Below, one piece after another: positions 33,103 to 42,937 of a stretch of DNA of 64,000 bases. The DNA is taken from contig CAVPXI010000023.1 of NCBI GenBank assembly GCA_963709585.1, forward strand, positions 32,001 to 96,000. The letters run 5' to 3'. The notes beneath the pieces are model-generated. The model did not search any database. It saw only the letters and a program-made list of their open reading frames with translations, and had not been told where the DNA came from. Source of the DNA: Candidatus Dormiibacterota bacterium (GTDB lineage Bacteria; Chloroflexota; Dormibacteria; Aeolococcales; Aeolococcaceae). Each line of letters begins with the position of its first letter. Within the stretch, counting starts at the first letter, position 1. The position numbers and the translations under genes are program-made.

Positions 33103-33594
33103 TACGCGAGCTGGGTTTAGAACGTCGTGAGACAGTTCGGATCGTATCCGCTGTGGGCGCAGGAGATTTGAGGAGAGCTGACCTTAGTACGAGAGGACCG
33201 GGTTGGACGGACCGCTAGTGCACCAGTTGTTCTGCCAAGAGCATCGCTGGGTAGCCATGTCCGGATGGGATAAGCGCTGAAAGCATCTAAGTGCGAAGCC
33301 CACTCCAAGATAAGATCTCCCACCGGATAACCGGGTAAGACCCCAGAGAGACCATCTGGTTGATAGGCCGCGGGTGTAAGAGAGGTGACTCTTTGAGCTG
33401 AGCGGTACTAATCGGTCGAGGGCTTGACCTCCTATCCCACTTTTCAGCGACGAGTGGGATGGCGCCAATGGTGGCGCCGCAGGAAAGTGCAACGCCTGGC
33501 AGAGCGCTCGAGTAGCGCACTAGGATTCTCCGACGGAGAGCGCATGCGCTTCCGTGGACCAGAACTCGCATTCTCACTCGTCATGAGAGAGATA

Positions 33595-33711
33595 TCCGGT
33601 GATCATAGCGGTGGGGAAACACCTGTTCCCATCCCGAACACAGCAGTTAAGCCCACCAGCGCCGATGGTACTGCCCTGGCAACGGGGTGGGAGAGTAGGT
33701 CGTTGCCGGGT
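33595..33711 (+). rRNA. rrf: 5S rRNA
   Basis: CCCATCCCGAACAC, GCCGATGGTACT, GGGAGAGTAGG; flanking stem AGAGAGATA/TATCTCTCT. Confidence 0.96.
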
Positions 33712-33794
33712 ATCTCTCTTTTGTTTTCCGGGCTCTGAGGCGGATTTGTATATGAAACAGAGCAGGTAAGTGCTAAGGACATATAGCACGGCGC
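33703..33794 (+). repeat. att site 1: core overlapping 5S 3' end plus right arm
   Basis: Core TTGCCGGGTATCTCT 33703; motif A AAACAGAGCAGGTAAG 33755; motif B TAGCACGGCGC 33784. Confidence 0.85.
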
Positions 33795-33817
33795 TAAAAG
33801 AGTAGATAATAGCGGCG

Positions 33818-34734
33818 ATGCCGAAGCGCGCCGCCGCCCCGCAGCTCACCCTCGAGGGCGCCTGGCAGAGCTTTGACCGCTCCCTCCGAGCCGAGGGACG
33901 ATCGCCCGAAACCCGGCGCGCCTATGCCCAATCGGTCGCTCAGTTCGGGGCCTATCTGCGCGACCGGAGCCTGGCGTCCGAGGTGGCCCTGATCGACCGC
34001 GGTGACCTCGAGAACTGGATCATCACCCTCCTCGACTCCCGCAAGCCCGCCACCGCAGCCACCCGTCACCACGCCCTGGCTCGCCTGTTCTCGTGGCTGG
34101 TGGCCGAGGGCGAACTGGATCGCTCCCCGATGGAGCGGATGGAAGTGCCGAAGGTCCCCGAGAATCCTCCGACCGTGCTGAGCATCGAGGACATGCGGCG
34201 CATCCTGGCGGTGTGCAAGGGCACCGAGTTCGATGAGCGCCGCGACGCGGCTATCTTGCGCGTGCTGGTCGATACCGGCCTGCGCCTCGCCGAGCTCACC
34301 GGCCTGACCTTGGATGACGTCGACCTCGATGAGGGGTTGGCAACAGTCACCGGCAAGGGCGGCGCCGCCGTGCCGTGCCACTCGGCGCGAAGTCGACGGC
34401 CGCACTCGACCGATACCTCAGGGTCCGCCACGCCCACCCGCACCATCGCAGCTCGCACCTTTGGCTCGGCCAGAAAGGTCCGCTGACCGCGACCGGGATG
34501 CGCCAGGTGGTGCAGCGCCGGGCGCGTCAGGCAGGGTTGGATCAGCGCATCTGGCCGCATCTGTTCCGGCATACCGGCGCACATCAATGGCTCGCCGCGG
34601 GTGGCTCCGAGGGCGACCTGATGAGCCTCTATGGGTGGCGATCGAGCGCGATGCTGCGCCGCTACGGCTCGTCAGCGGCAGCCGAGCGCGCCCGCAAAGC
34701 GCACGCCGACCTCTCGTTGGGCGACCGGGTATGA
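33818..34734 (+). CDS. Tyrosine recombinase/integrase (frameshift near 34370)
   Basis: SAM-like N-terminus (RSPET.RAY), DTGLRLAEL, GKG, PHLFRH, YGW, RRYG catalytic residues across two frames. Confidence 0.9.
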
Positions 34735-35099
34735 CCGGGCTGCTCGCCGCCCGGATGGGCAAGGACGGCGCCGCGGTGCTCTGTGGCCAACCGACCTGTC
34801 CGTGCGAGATCGGGAGGATGATGGGCGCGCATCTAGTCGTGGCGCGCGGCCTGGTCGAGGTCCGCGATCCCCTCGGCAAACCGTATGACCCGCCGTGCTA
34901 CGCCCAGCCTCGCAGTGTCGTCAAGCGTGTCCGCCACGCCGTGATCGCGGGGACGAGACCGACATTGCGGCCCAGGGTGCAAGCCGCGACGCCCGCGTGG
35001 ACCGTGGACCGCGTGGTCTTCCTGCCACAGCACCCGGAAGTGTGGGTGAAGTGCCCACGCTGCGGGAACCAGAGCAGGGTCCGCCCACGAGGTACCTAG
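34731..35099 (+). CDS. Hypothetical Cys-rich protein of the element
   Basis: CGQPTC and KCPRCG; ATG overlaps the integrase stop. Confidence 0.55.
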   Translation: MTGLLAARMGKDGAAVLCGQPTCPCEIGRMMGAHLVVARGLVEVRDPLGKPYDPPCYAQPRSVVKRVRHAVIAGTRPTLRPRVQAATPAWTVDRVVFLPQHPEVWVKCPRCGNQSRVRPRGT

Positions 35100-35101
35100 T
35101 A

Positions 35102-35127
35102 AGCACGGCGAACAAGACGCCGTGCTA
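35102..35127. promoter_or_regulatory. Inverted pair of att motif B upstream of 35222
   Basis: AGCACGGCG-aacaaga-CGCCGTGCT(A). Confidence 0.6.
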
Positions 35128-35221
35128 GAGTACGTCCGTTCGTTATCAGTAGCGCCGGATCGTCGGCCTCTGCCCTTTGGCTTCCATCCCATCGCGGGAG
35201 TGAGCGGGGCGAGGTCACGGC

Positions 35222-35488
35222 ATGCCCCTCGATCCCGCTGCCCGAACGCTCCGAGCCCGCATTGGCGCTTTCGCCATGCACTCGAAACATCCCATCGAAG
35301 CGACAACTCGCGGCGGCCTGGACGCCGCCTGGCAACGCTTCGTTCTCGAGGTCGATCCGGACGGCTTACTGTCTGAGTCGGAGCGCACGCGGCGAGCCAA
35401 GGCTGCGCAGCGAGCTCATATGGCCAGGATCGCGCTTCGAAGTGTGCAAGCCCGACAGGCGGCGAAGTCTTCAGGAGAATCGGGGTGA
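35222..35488 (+). CDS. Small basic helical mobile-element protein (candidate RDF/regulator)
   Basis: RF..EVDPDG.L...ER.RRA..A.RAHM.R.AL.S pattern recalled from integrase-linked actinobacterial proteins. Confidence 0.6.
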   Translation: MPLDPAARTLRARIGAFAMHSKHPIEATTRGGLDAAWQRFVLEVDPDGLLSESERTRRAKAAQRAHMARIALRSVQARQAAKSSGESG

Positions 35489-37063
35489 TGGGCGAGGACC
35501 CTGCCAGGGGTCCCCTGCCCGACCACGACGACAACGCTGACGATAACACCGGCGCGGATGAGGCGTTGCTCGCGGCCGCGCAGCAAGTCATCGATAGGGG
35601 GTTAGATGTCGGTCCCAACCTCGCGGGGCTGACGCCCGAGGAACGGGCCAGCGCACTCGCGGCCTTCGCGCACGAGATCGTCCGGGTACCGCCTCCCCTC
35701 GCCGATGTGCTCGCGTCGACGTGCGAACTCCTGCGCCGCTACATCGTCCTACCTGCCGATCACTACTACCTGGTGGTCGCGCTCTGGATCCTGCACGCGC
35801 ACGCGATCACGGCAGCCGACACCACGCCGCGGCTGATCTTCAAGTCGCCCGAGAAGGAAAGCGGGAAAACCCGTTGCCTCGAGTGTCTCGACGCGCTGGT
35901 GCCGGCGCCGCTGCAGGTCATCAGCGTCACCACGGCCGCGATCTTCCGACTGCTCAAGGAGGAGCAGGTGACCGTGTTGTTTGACGAGGTGGACGCCATC
36001 TTCAATCCACGGGCGACCAACCAGGAGGATTTGAGGGCACTGTTGAACGCCGGGTATCGCCGCGGCGCGACGGTTGCTCGAAGTCGTCGGCGACGGTAAA
36101 CGGATGCGGGTCGAACGATTCCCGGTCTTTGCCGCCACCGCACTCGCCGCGATCGGCGATCTCCCCGACACGATCGAATCGCGGTCGATCATCGTCCCGA
36201 TGCGCCGGCGCGCACCCGATGAGACCGTGGCGAAGTTCCGTAGCCGCCAGGTCGCGCTCGAGGTCGTGGAATTGCGCGGCGACCTGGTCAACTGGGCATC
36301 GATTTATTCCGCGGAGCTCAGCAGAGCGGATCCTGTCATGCCGGACGGTCTTGAGGATCGGACCGAAGACTGCTGGGCGCCGCTGCTCGCCATCGCCGAC
36401 ATGGCCGGCGAGGAGTGGGGCGAGCGAGCCCGTGCAGCCGCACTGCTGATCGCCAAAGGTCGCGTCGCCGAGGATGCGTCCACAGGCGTCCGCCTGCTGG
36501 CCGATATCAAGACCGTCCTCGGCGACCGCGACCGCCTGTCCAGCGCCGGACTCTGCGCGATGCTCAACGCGCTCGAGGAATCGGGGTGGGGAGGATGGAA
36601 CGACGGCCGCGGCATCGGTCAACGTGACCTGGCGAAGCGGCTGAAGCGCTACTTCATTGAGTCGAAGAACATCAGGCTCGGTGACGGCTCGGTCCCGAAG
36701 GGTTACCTGCGCAGCGACTTTGACGATGCCTTCGCTCGCTACCTGCGCCTTCCTGCTCTTACAAGCGCTACAAGCGCTACAAGCGCTACGCAGGTTCGAA
36801 TTGACGTAGCGGACGTAGCGCCTGTAGCGGTTACTAGGGGAGAGAGAGAAGTCGGCCGGGAAGACGACGGTCACCCCACACAGGAGACATCCGCGACGCC
36901 GCTGGAGACGTTTCAACACCAGGTCGATGCAACGCTCACGAAGGTCAATGGACTGCAACCCGGCTGGCTTGAAGCCGATGATCAGCGCCGCCGCGAGTTG
37001 ATGGAGGCCGGCATGCGACACAAAGCGGAGCACAGTCGTCACACACATAGGAGGCACCCATGA
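35488..37063 (+). CDS. DUF3631-containing replication protein (frameshift near 36075)
   Basis: TPRL...SPEKESGKT Walker A, LFDEVD, LLNAGYRRG, GDLPDTIESRS, D.W.PLLAIAD.AGE.W, KGY.RSDF.DAF.RYL. Confidence 0.85.
36760..36830. repeat. Opposed 9-bp-period iteron arrays (candidate origin)
   Basis: CGCTAC x3 then GTAGCG x3, each with 9-bp periodicity. Confidence 0.6.
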
Positions 37064-37314
37064 CTGACAAGCCCCAGAGCCCCAGTATGTTCACCCCTGA
37101 AGCCGCTGTCGCGACTGCCATCGCTCAGCTCGTCGACGTCTCCAACGGGCTCGGACTGATGGTCACCCTCGGGCGACACCTGGAGACTTCGGCCGCCAAC
37201 ACCGATGACATGCTGGACGCTCGGACGTACGTGCGCCGCGTGCAGGAGGCGCTGGCACACTGCCACGAGGCCGCCGACGCACTGCGAACCCTACTGCCGG
37301 CCAAGCCCGCGTGA
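37060..37314 (+). CDS. Hypothetical protein of the element
   Basis: AGGAGG RBS; translationally coupled to neighbours. Confidence 0.6.
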   Translation: MTDKPQSPSMFTPEAAVATAIAQLVDVSNGLGLMVTLGRHLETSAANTDDMLDARTYVRRVQEALAHCHEAADALRTLLPAKPA

Positions 37315-37685
37315 GCATCATGCGTCCGTGCCTCGATTGCGGCGCGCCGTACGAACCGCGGCGTGGCGTAGCACGTTGCCCACAGCATCAGCGTGAGTAC
37401 CGACGCACCCGTGAAGCACCCCTTTCGACGGCCGCCTGGCGCGCGCTCCGCGCCCGCAAGCTCAAGCGCAACCCGATCTGTGAGGACTGCGGACGACAGT
37501 GGGCTGTCCAGGTTCAGCACATCGTCCCACGGTCGATGGGCGGCGCCCTGCTGCCACCGCTGTCGGGACTGCGCGCCCTGTGTGTTGCCTGCCATGCGGT
37601 CTGGACAAACCGAGAGCGTCGCTGGGGCTACCGGCCGCCGCCAACTGTAGTGAACGACGACGACGAAGGACCGCGCGTCGCATGA
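37311..37685 (+). CDS. HNH endonuclease (HK97 gp74-like terminase cofactor)
   Basis: CLDCG..RCPQH, W..LR...L..NPICEDC, HIVPRSMGG, LC.ACH; directly upstream of TerL. Confidence 0.85.
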   Translation: MSIMRPCLDCGAPYEPRRGVARCPQHQREYRRTREAPLSTAAWRALRARKLKRNPICEDCGRQWAVQVQHIVPRSMGGALLPPLSGLRALCVACHAVWTNRERRWGYRPPPTVVNDDDEGPRVA

Positions 37686-37850
37686 ACGCTGAGCATCGCA
37701 ACTCGCTTGAAAGCGCACAGCAAACCCCGAGGAATGGGGGGGCCAAATCCATCGCGTTTTTCCCTCCGGCGCGAACGCTGTTGGGCCACAATCCCGGTTA
37801 CACACTTTTCGCGATCGCAAAAGTCGTCGCACCAGGGGTGGGATGACCCC

Positions 37851-39302
37851 GTGAAAGCAGGCCCGAAAGCAGCCCCCACGGCCGAGCCGTTGACCTTTGA
37901 GGACCTTCCAGCGTCGGGTGGCGATCGGGTGGTTGCTTTCATCGAGCAGTACATCGTGCTGCCTCACGGGCGAGGGGCCAAGCGTCCGCTGGCGCTGCGT
38001 CCGTGGCAGCAGCGGATCATCCACGGCCTCTTTGACGAGCCGCGCCCGCGCCAGGGCCTGCTCAGCCTGCCACGTGGCAACGGCAAGACCACGCTCGCCG
38101 CGGCAATCGCTCTCTACGCCCTGTTTGGCGACGGCGAGGACTCGGCGCAAGTGCTCTGTGTAGCCTCGGATGAGCGCCAGGCCGCCATCCTATTTCGCAC
38201 TGCGCGGCGCATGATCGAGCTCGAGCCGCGACTGCTGGATCGCTGCCAGGTCTTCCAGGACCAGATTGTTGTGCCCTCCAGCGACGGGGTGCTTCGACCC
38301 TTGCCGGCTGAGAGCGCGGCCCTGCTGGGCTGGAATCCGAGCCTCTGTGTCGTCGACGAGTTGGCGGTCGTGACGGAGCGGGTGTGGGAGGCGGTGTCAG
38401 GCGCCGCCGGCAAGCGCGAGCGCAGTCTCACTCTGGCGATCTCCACCCCGCCCGAGAGCGTCGACAGCGTGATGTACGGCCTAGCCGAGCTTGGCCGCGA
38501 CGCTGACGACCCCAGTTTCTATTTCCAGGAGTTCTCCGCCCCCGCCGACTGCCTGATCGATGACGAGAGGGCGTGGGCAGTGGCTAACCCTGCGCTCGGC
38601 GATTTCCTGGCCATCGATGCGATGCGCAGCGTGCTGAGGACCATGCGTGAATCGACCTTTCGGCGCGCGCGTCTCGGTCAGTCGGTTTTTGGGAGCGAGA
38701 GTTGGATCAGCACCGAGCAGTGGAAGGCCGCGGCGGCCCCTGATCAGGAGATCCCTGAGGGCGCTGCGGTGTGTCTCGGCTTCGATGGATCCTTCTCCCG
38801 CGACGGGACTGCGCTGGTGGCCGTCTCTTGTGCGCGTCCGCACCACCTCCAGATAGTCGATCTCTGGGAGAAGACGTCCGACGACGGCCCGGCGTGGCGG
38901 GTGAGCACCGCCGATGTGGAGCAGGCGATCCGTGACGCCTGCACCACGTACCAGGTGCGGGCGATCGTGGCTGATCCGAGCTGGTGGGCGCAGACCATGC
39001 AAACGTTGGCGGGAGAGGGTCTTCCTGTGGTCGAGTTCCGGCCGAACTCGTCGCGGATGATTACCGCGAGCGAGAGATTCTACAAGGCGATTTGTGACGG
39101 CGACCTCAGCCACAGCGGCGAGCGCGACCTCACTCGCCACATCAGCAACGCGGTGCTACGGATGACGCCATCGGGACCGCGTGTCATGAAAGAGAGCAAG
39201 CAGAGTACCCGCCATGTTGACCTGGCCATCGCTGCGATCCTCGCGTACGACCAGGCGGCTCAGGTGGCACCCGAGCGCACGCCGCTGATCGCGTTCGTCT
39301 GA
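37851..39302 (+). CDS. Terminase large subunit
   Basis: LRPWQ, PRGNGKT Walker A, VVDE Walker B, ANPALG, GFDGS, D...W, VDLAIA. Confidence 0.92.
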   Translation: MKAGPKAAPTAEPLTFEDLPASGGDRVVAFIEQYIVLPHGRGAKRPLALRPWQQRIIHGLFDEPRPRQGLLSLPRGNGKTTLAAAIALYALFGDGEDSAQVLCVASDERQAAILFRTARRMIELEPRLLDRCQVFQDQIVVPSSDGVLRPLPAESAALLGWNPSLCVVDELAVVTERVWEAVSGAAGKRERSLTLAISTPPESVDSVMYGLAELGRDADDPSFYFQEFSAPADCLIDDERAWAVANPALGDFLAIDAMRSVLRTMRESTFRRARLGQSVFGSESWISTEQWKAAAAPDQEIPEGAAVCLGFDGSFSRDGTALVAVSCARPHHLQIVDLWEKTSDDGPAWRVSTADVEQAIRDACTTYQVRAIVADPSWWAQTMQTLAGEGLPVVEFRPNSSRMITASERFYKAICDGDLSHSGERDLTRHISNAVLRMTPSGPRVMKESKQSTRHVDLAIAAILAYDQAAQVAPERTPLIAFV

Positions 39303-39352
39303 CATTTCTTTTGTTCAACGCTCGTTGCCGAAAACCACGCAAAGGAGAACCG

Positions 39353-39670
39353 ATGACTGACCGGATCAACGACCCGACCAAGCCGGGCTATTCCTGGATT
39401 GAGGTCAATCACCATGTCGCCGACATGGAGCAGGGCATCGCCGCCATCGTCGATGTGCGATGCCTGTTCGTCGGCCAGGACGGCAAGGTCGTCAACACGC
39501 CGGGAGTCGGCTTCCGGCTCGCCGACGCGGAAGCGCTTGCGGCTGACATTGTCGCCCACGCGCACGCGGCGTACCTCGAGGCCAGAGCTGCCGGCGGCGA
39601 CATGGAGGCCATCGAAGCGCTCGAGGAGGAAGCGCAGGGCTATGACGACGAGCGCAATTCTCGAAATTGA
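39353..39670 (+). CDS. Hypothetical acidic protein (homolog at 43602)
   Basis: AAGGAG RBS; C-terminal AYLEARAAGGDMEAIEAL. Confidence 0.65.
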   Translation: MTDRINDPTKPGYSWIEVNHHVADMEQGIAAIVDVRCLFVGQDGKVVNTPGVGFRLADAEALAADIVAHAHAAYLEARAAGGDMEAIEALEEEAQGYDDERNSRN

Positions 39671-39855
39671 GGTGATACGATCAATTCACGCTCCCGCGCT
39701 CACTGCTGAATGGCACTGAGCAGCCGCAAATCCGACAGCGTGTCGGTTTTGGGGGTAGGGACCGAAGGCGATACGCGCCGAGGCTGGCTGTGCCACCCGC
39801 GGAAGTAGCTGAACGGGCCGCGAAAGGCTCAATTTCAACGACTTCAACGGGAGGC

Positions 39856-41331
39856 ATGAAAATGCCACGAGCACTCGCCGAGATTCGGCAAGAACAGACA
39901 CAACTGCGTGCGCGCGTCGGCCAACTGGTCGATGAGGCGCGCGAAATCGAAATCAAGCTCGAGGTCGACGGCGCCAACGACGGGCTCGAGGAGCGCAAAG
40001 CCAACGTGGAGCGCGGCAAGGCCAAGGCCAGCGCGCGACTGCAGGAGGTGGGCGCCGAGTACAGCGCGGCGATAACACGGATGGTCGAGAACGGCCAGAC
40101 GCAGACCGAGGCCGGCGTCAGCCTGGAGAACGCCTACACAGAGCGTCAGGACGACGACAGGACCGCGTCCATGGCGCCGCACCAGCGCCAGGCGGTCTCG
40201 GACGCCATGCGCGCCCTCGAGCGCCATCAGCGCGACGGTGTGCTGTTCACCACGGCGGCGGAGCGCATGGAGAATGTGGTTCGTCACGGTGACCCTACCG
40301 GCAGCACTGGGCGGTACATCGCCGCGGTGGGCGCGGACGCCTATGCGCGCGCGTTTGTCAAGCTGCTGACGTACGGCGACACGGCTGTGCTGCGCATGAC
40401 CTCTGAGGAACAGCAAGCCATGCAGCGCGTCAGCCAGGCCGAGTCCGAGCGCGCGATGTCCGACGGCACCACCACCGCCGGCGGATTCGGAATCCCGCTG
40501 ACAATTGATCCGACGATCAATTTGACGTCGTCGGGCGCGTTGTGTCCGGTCCGCGAGGTTGCGGACGTGCGCCAGATCGCCACCAACGAATTGCGCCTGG
40601 TGAGCGCTGACACGCCTGCGTCGGCATATGCAGCGGAATTGACCGAAGTGGCTGACGGCAGCCCGACTTTGGCGCAGCCGATCGCGGTCACCCAAAAAGG
40701 GCAGTCGTTTGTTCCATTTTCGATCGAGGTTGGGGCTGACTACCCTGGCCTGCAGAACGAGCTGCTCAAATTGCTCGCGGACGGTCGGGCGATATTGGAC
40801 AGTACGAAGATGCTTTCCGGCCTAGCAAGCGCCAACGAGCCGGTAGGCATCCTCGCCTCGACCGGCGGATTGACGACGTCGCAGCGCGTGCAAACGGCCG
40901 TTACTGGCACATTTGGCATCTCCGACGCGTACGCATTGCGAGAAGGCCTCGCCGCCACGCGGTTCTTTCAAAATGCGGTCTTTATGGCCCATCCGACCAC
41001 CATGGATGCGGCGTATCGACTGGTCGGCGGTGGGTCGACCACCGAGCCGCTGCCCATGCCTCAAGGCCGGAGCGGCCCGTTCGTCGGCACTCCGCAGTAC
41101 GGCTGGAATGCGATGGCAACCGGCACCACCACCGGTACCAAGATCCTCATCCTCGGCGACTGGAGCGGATACGTCGTCGCCGACAGGATTGGAGCTCAGG
41201 TTGAACTGGTGAGCCACCTGTTTGGAAGCGCGTCAAGGTTCCCAATCGGAGCTCGCGGGCTCTACTTCTACTGGCGCACGGGGACGTGTGTCCTGAAACC
41301 GAACGCATTTAGATATTTGGAAATGCGGTAA
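39856..41331 (+). CDS. Major capsid protein, HK97 fold with N-terminal coiled-coil delta domain
   Basis: GGFGIP..IDP, EVADGSPTLAQP, VPFSIE, LGDWS, NAFR; resembles phiRv1/phiRv2 capsids. Confidence 0.92.
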   Translation: MKMPRALAEIRQEQTQLRARVGQLVDEAREIEIKLEVDGANDGLEERKANVERGKAKASARLQEVGAEYSAAITRMVENGQTQTEAGVSLENAYTERQDDDRTASMAPHQRQAVSDAMRALERHQRDGVLFTTAAERMENVVRHGDPTGSTGRYIAAVGADAYARAFVKLLTYGDTAVLRMTSEEQQAMQRVSQAESERAMSDGTTTAGGFGIPLTIDPTINLTSSGALCPVREVADVRQIATNELRLVSADTPASAYAAELTEVADGSPTLAQPIAVTQKGQSFVPFSIEVGADYPGLQNELLKLLADGRAILDSTKMLSGLASANEPVGILASTGGLTTSQRVQTAVTGTFGISDAYALREGLAATRFFQNAVFMAHPTTMDAAYRLVGGGSTTEPLPMPQGRSGPFVGTPQYGWNAMATGTTTGTKILILGDWSGYVVADRIGAQVELVSHLFGSASRFPIGARGLYFYWRTGTCVLKPNAFRYLEMR

Positions 41332-41333
41332 CC

Positions 41334-42168
41334 ATGGCCGGACAGAGTCGCACCCTACGGGGACGTCGACTATGCAGATCCAGGTCTCCAAGCCGACAAG
41401 GTCAAGCGCTATCCGATCGATACCAAGGCGCACGCGAAGGCCGCGTGGACGCTCATCAACATGAGCTCGCACGCCTCGCAGTATTCGGCTGCGGACCTCG
41501 CGCTGGTCAAGGGCAGGATCCTGACGGCGTGTCATCACTTCGACGTCGAGGTGAGCGAGAACGCCCTGCCGCGCGAGGGGTTGATCCGGGCGCTCTCGGG
41601 CCTGGAGATCCGCGACGATGGCGGCGCGGATGGCAGTCCGGGGACATTGACCGGATACCTCGCGGTGTTCAATCAATGGAGCGAAATCAACTCGGCCCAC
41701 GAAGGTCACTTCATGGAGCGGATGGCGCCGGGATCGTTCGCCCGGACCATCGCTGACAACGCGTCACGCATGAAGGTCACCTTCAATCACGGTAAGGATC
41801 CGCAGTTGGGCGACAAGGTGCTGGGCATCCCCACCGTCCTCGAGGAGGACAGCCGCGGAGTGCGCTATGAGGTGCCGCTGTTCGACACATCATGGAATCG
41901 CGACCTTGCTCCCGGATTGAAGGCCGGCGCCTACGGCTCCAGCTTCCGGTTCAACGTGGCCGCCGACGACTACAACAAGAAGGCCAGGGTCGCTCCGCAC
42001 AACCCCAGAGGCTTGCCGGAGAGGACGGTCAAGGAAGTCCGCATGCAGGAGTTCGGCCCGGTCACCTTCCCCGCATACCCGGGCGCGACCGCGGGGATGC
42101 GCTCGCTGACGTCGCCCGCGCGCGGTCAATCCGTGTTCGAGGAGTTCCTACAGCTGATCGGAGGCTGA
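41334..42168 (+). CDS. HK97 prohead protease with N-terminal DUF6582-like domain (1-nt indel near start)
   Basis: PYGDVDYADPG..KRYPIDT..HA.AAW then LTGYLAVFN, FNHG, GSSFRF, EFGPVTFPAY. Confidence 0.85.
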
Positions 42169-42334
42169 GCGTCGTGAAGGCGGTGTCCGTCGGTTTCGTT
42201 CACTCCGGGCCGCGGCACCGTCTTCACGGCGCCAACCATGGGGGCGGTTGCGTCGGTTCGAAGGGCACACCCACTCCGGCCGACGCGCCGCCTTCCCGTC
42301 GACGAAGGCCGGCGCTGACGGCTACCATGCGGCG

Positions 42335-42583
42335 GTGAGCGATGCCCCTGACGATGAGATCGAGATCGGCTGGGAGAGCTATGGACCTGGCGATAAGCCT
42401 CGCGACCTGACGTTCACGTTCAGGGAGCGCGGCGTCCATCTCGGGTCGCGCGAGGTGGAGTGCGACGGAGATCGATACTTCATCGTGACGCGTCCCGACG
42501 GGAGCGTCCAGCGGTACCGCCAGAACCCGGAGTCAGGCAAGCTCGAAAAGGTCGACGAGATCCCCTGCGGTGATCCGGAGTGA
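42335..42583 (+). CDS. Hypothetical small protein, last gene of the satellite
   Basis: ORF stops 5 bp before att arm motif A. Confidence 0.45.
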   Translation: MSDAPDDEIEIGWESYGPGDKPRDLTFTFRERGVHLGSREVECDGDRYFIVTRPDGSVQRYRQNPESGKLEKVDEIPCGDPE

Positions 42584-42588
42584 GTAGC

Positions 42589-42764
42589 AAACAGAGCAGA
42601 TAATTCGGCCTCGCTCGCTCATGACACGCAAGATGCGAACGTCGTCATAGCACGGCGTACAGTCCCGGATACTTGCCGGGTATCTCTTTCTTGTTTACCG
42701 GCCCCTCGCGCGGTTTGGTATTCAAAACAGAGCAGGTAAGTGCTCGAGCCCCATAGCACGGCGC
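42589..42764 (+). repeat. att site 2: left arm + core + right arm
   Basis: A 42589, B 42648, core 42673, A 42725, B 42754. Confidence 0.88.
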
Positions 42765-42937
42765 GTTCGTGCCGGCGACATCTGGCGAAGCCTGCCCGGG
42801 ACGCAGCAGTGGATCCAGTTGGTGTCGGTGTGGAACCATCAACCGCCGAGCTCGAGGGCGGATGGCGCCGAGTACCAGGTGGCCGCGTCATCCCGCCGCA
42901 CAACTCCGGGCTCACAGTCAGAGTTGATTGGGCGCCG

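Larger units (their letters stand above)
33703..42687 (+). mobile_element. Phage satellite / phiRv2-like integrative element inserted at the 5S rRNA 3' end
   Basis: Bounded by direct 15-bp cores; encodes integrase, DUF3631, HNH, TerL, HK97-type capsid and prohead protease. Confidence 0.85.
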
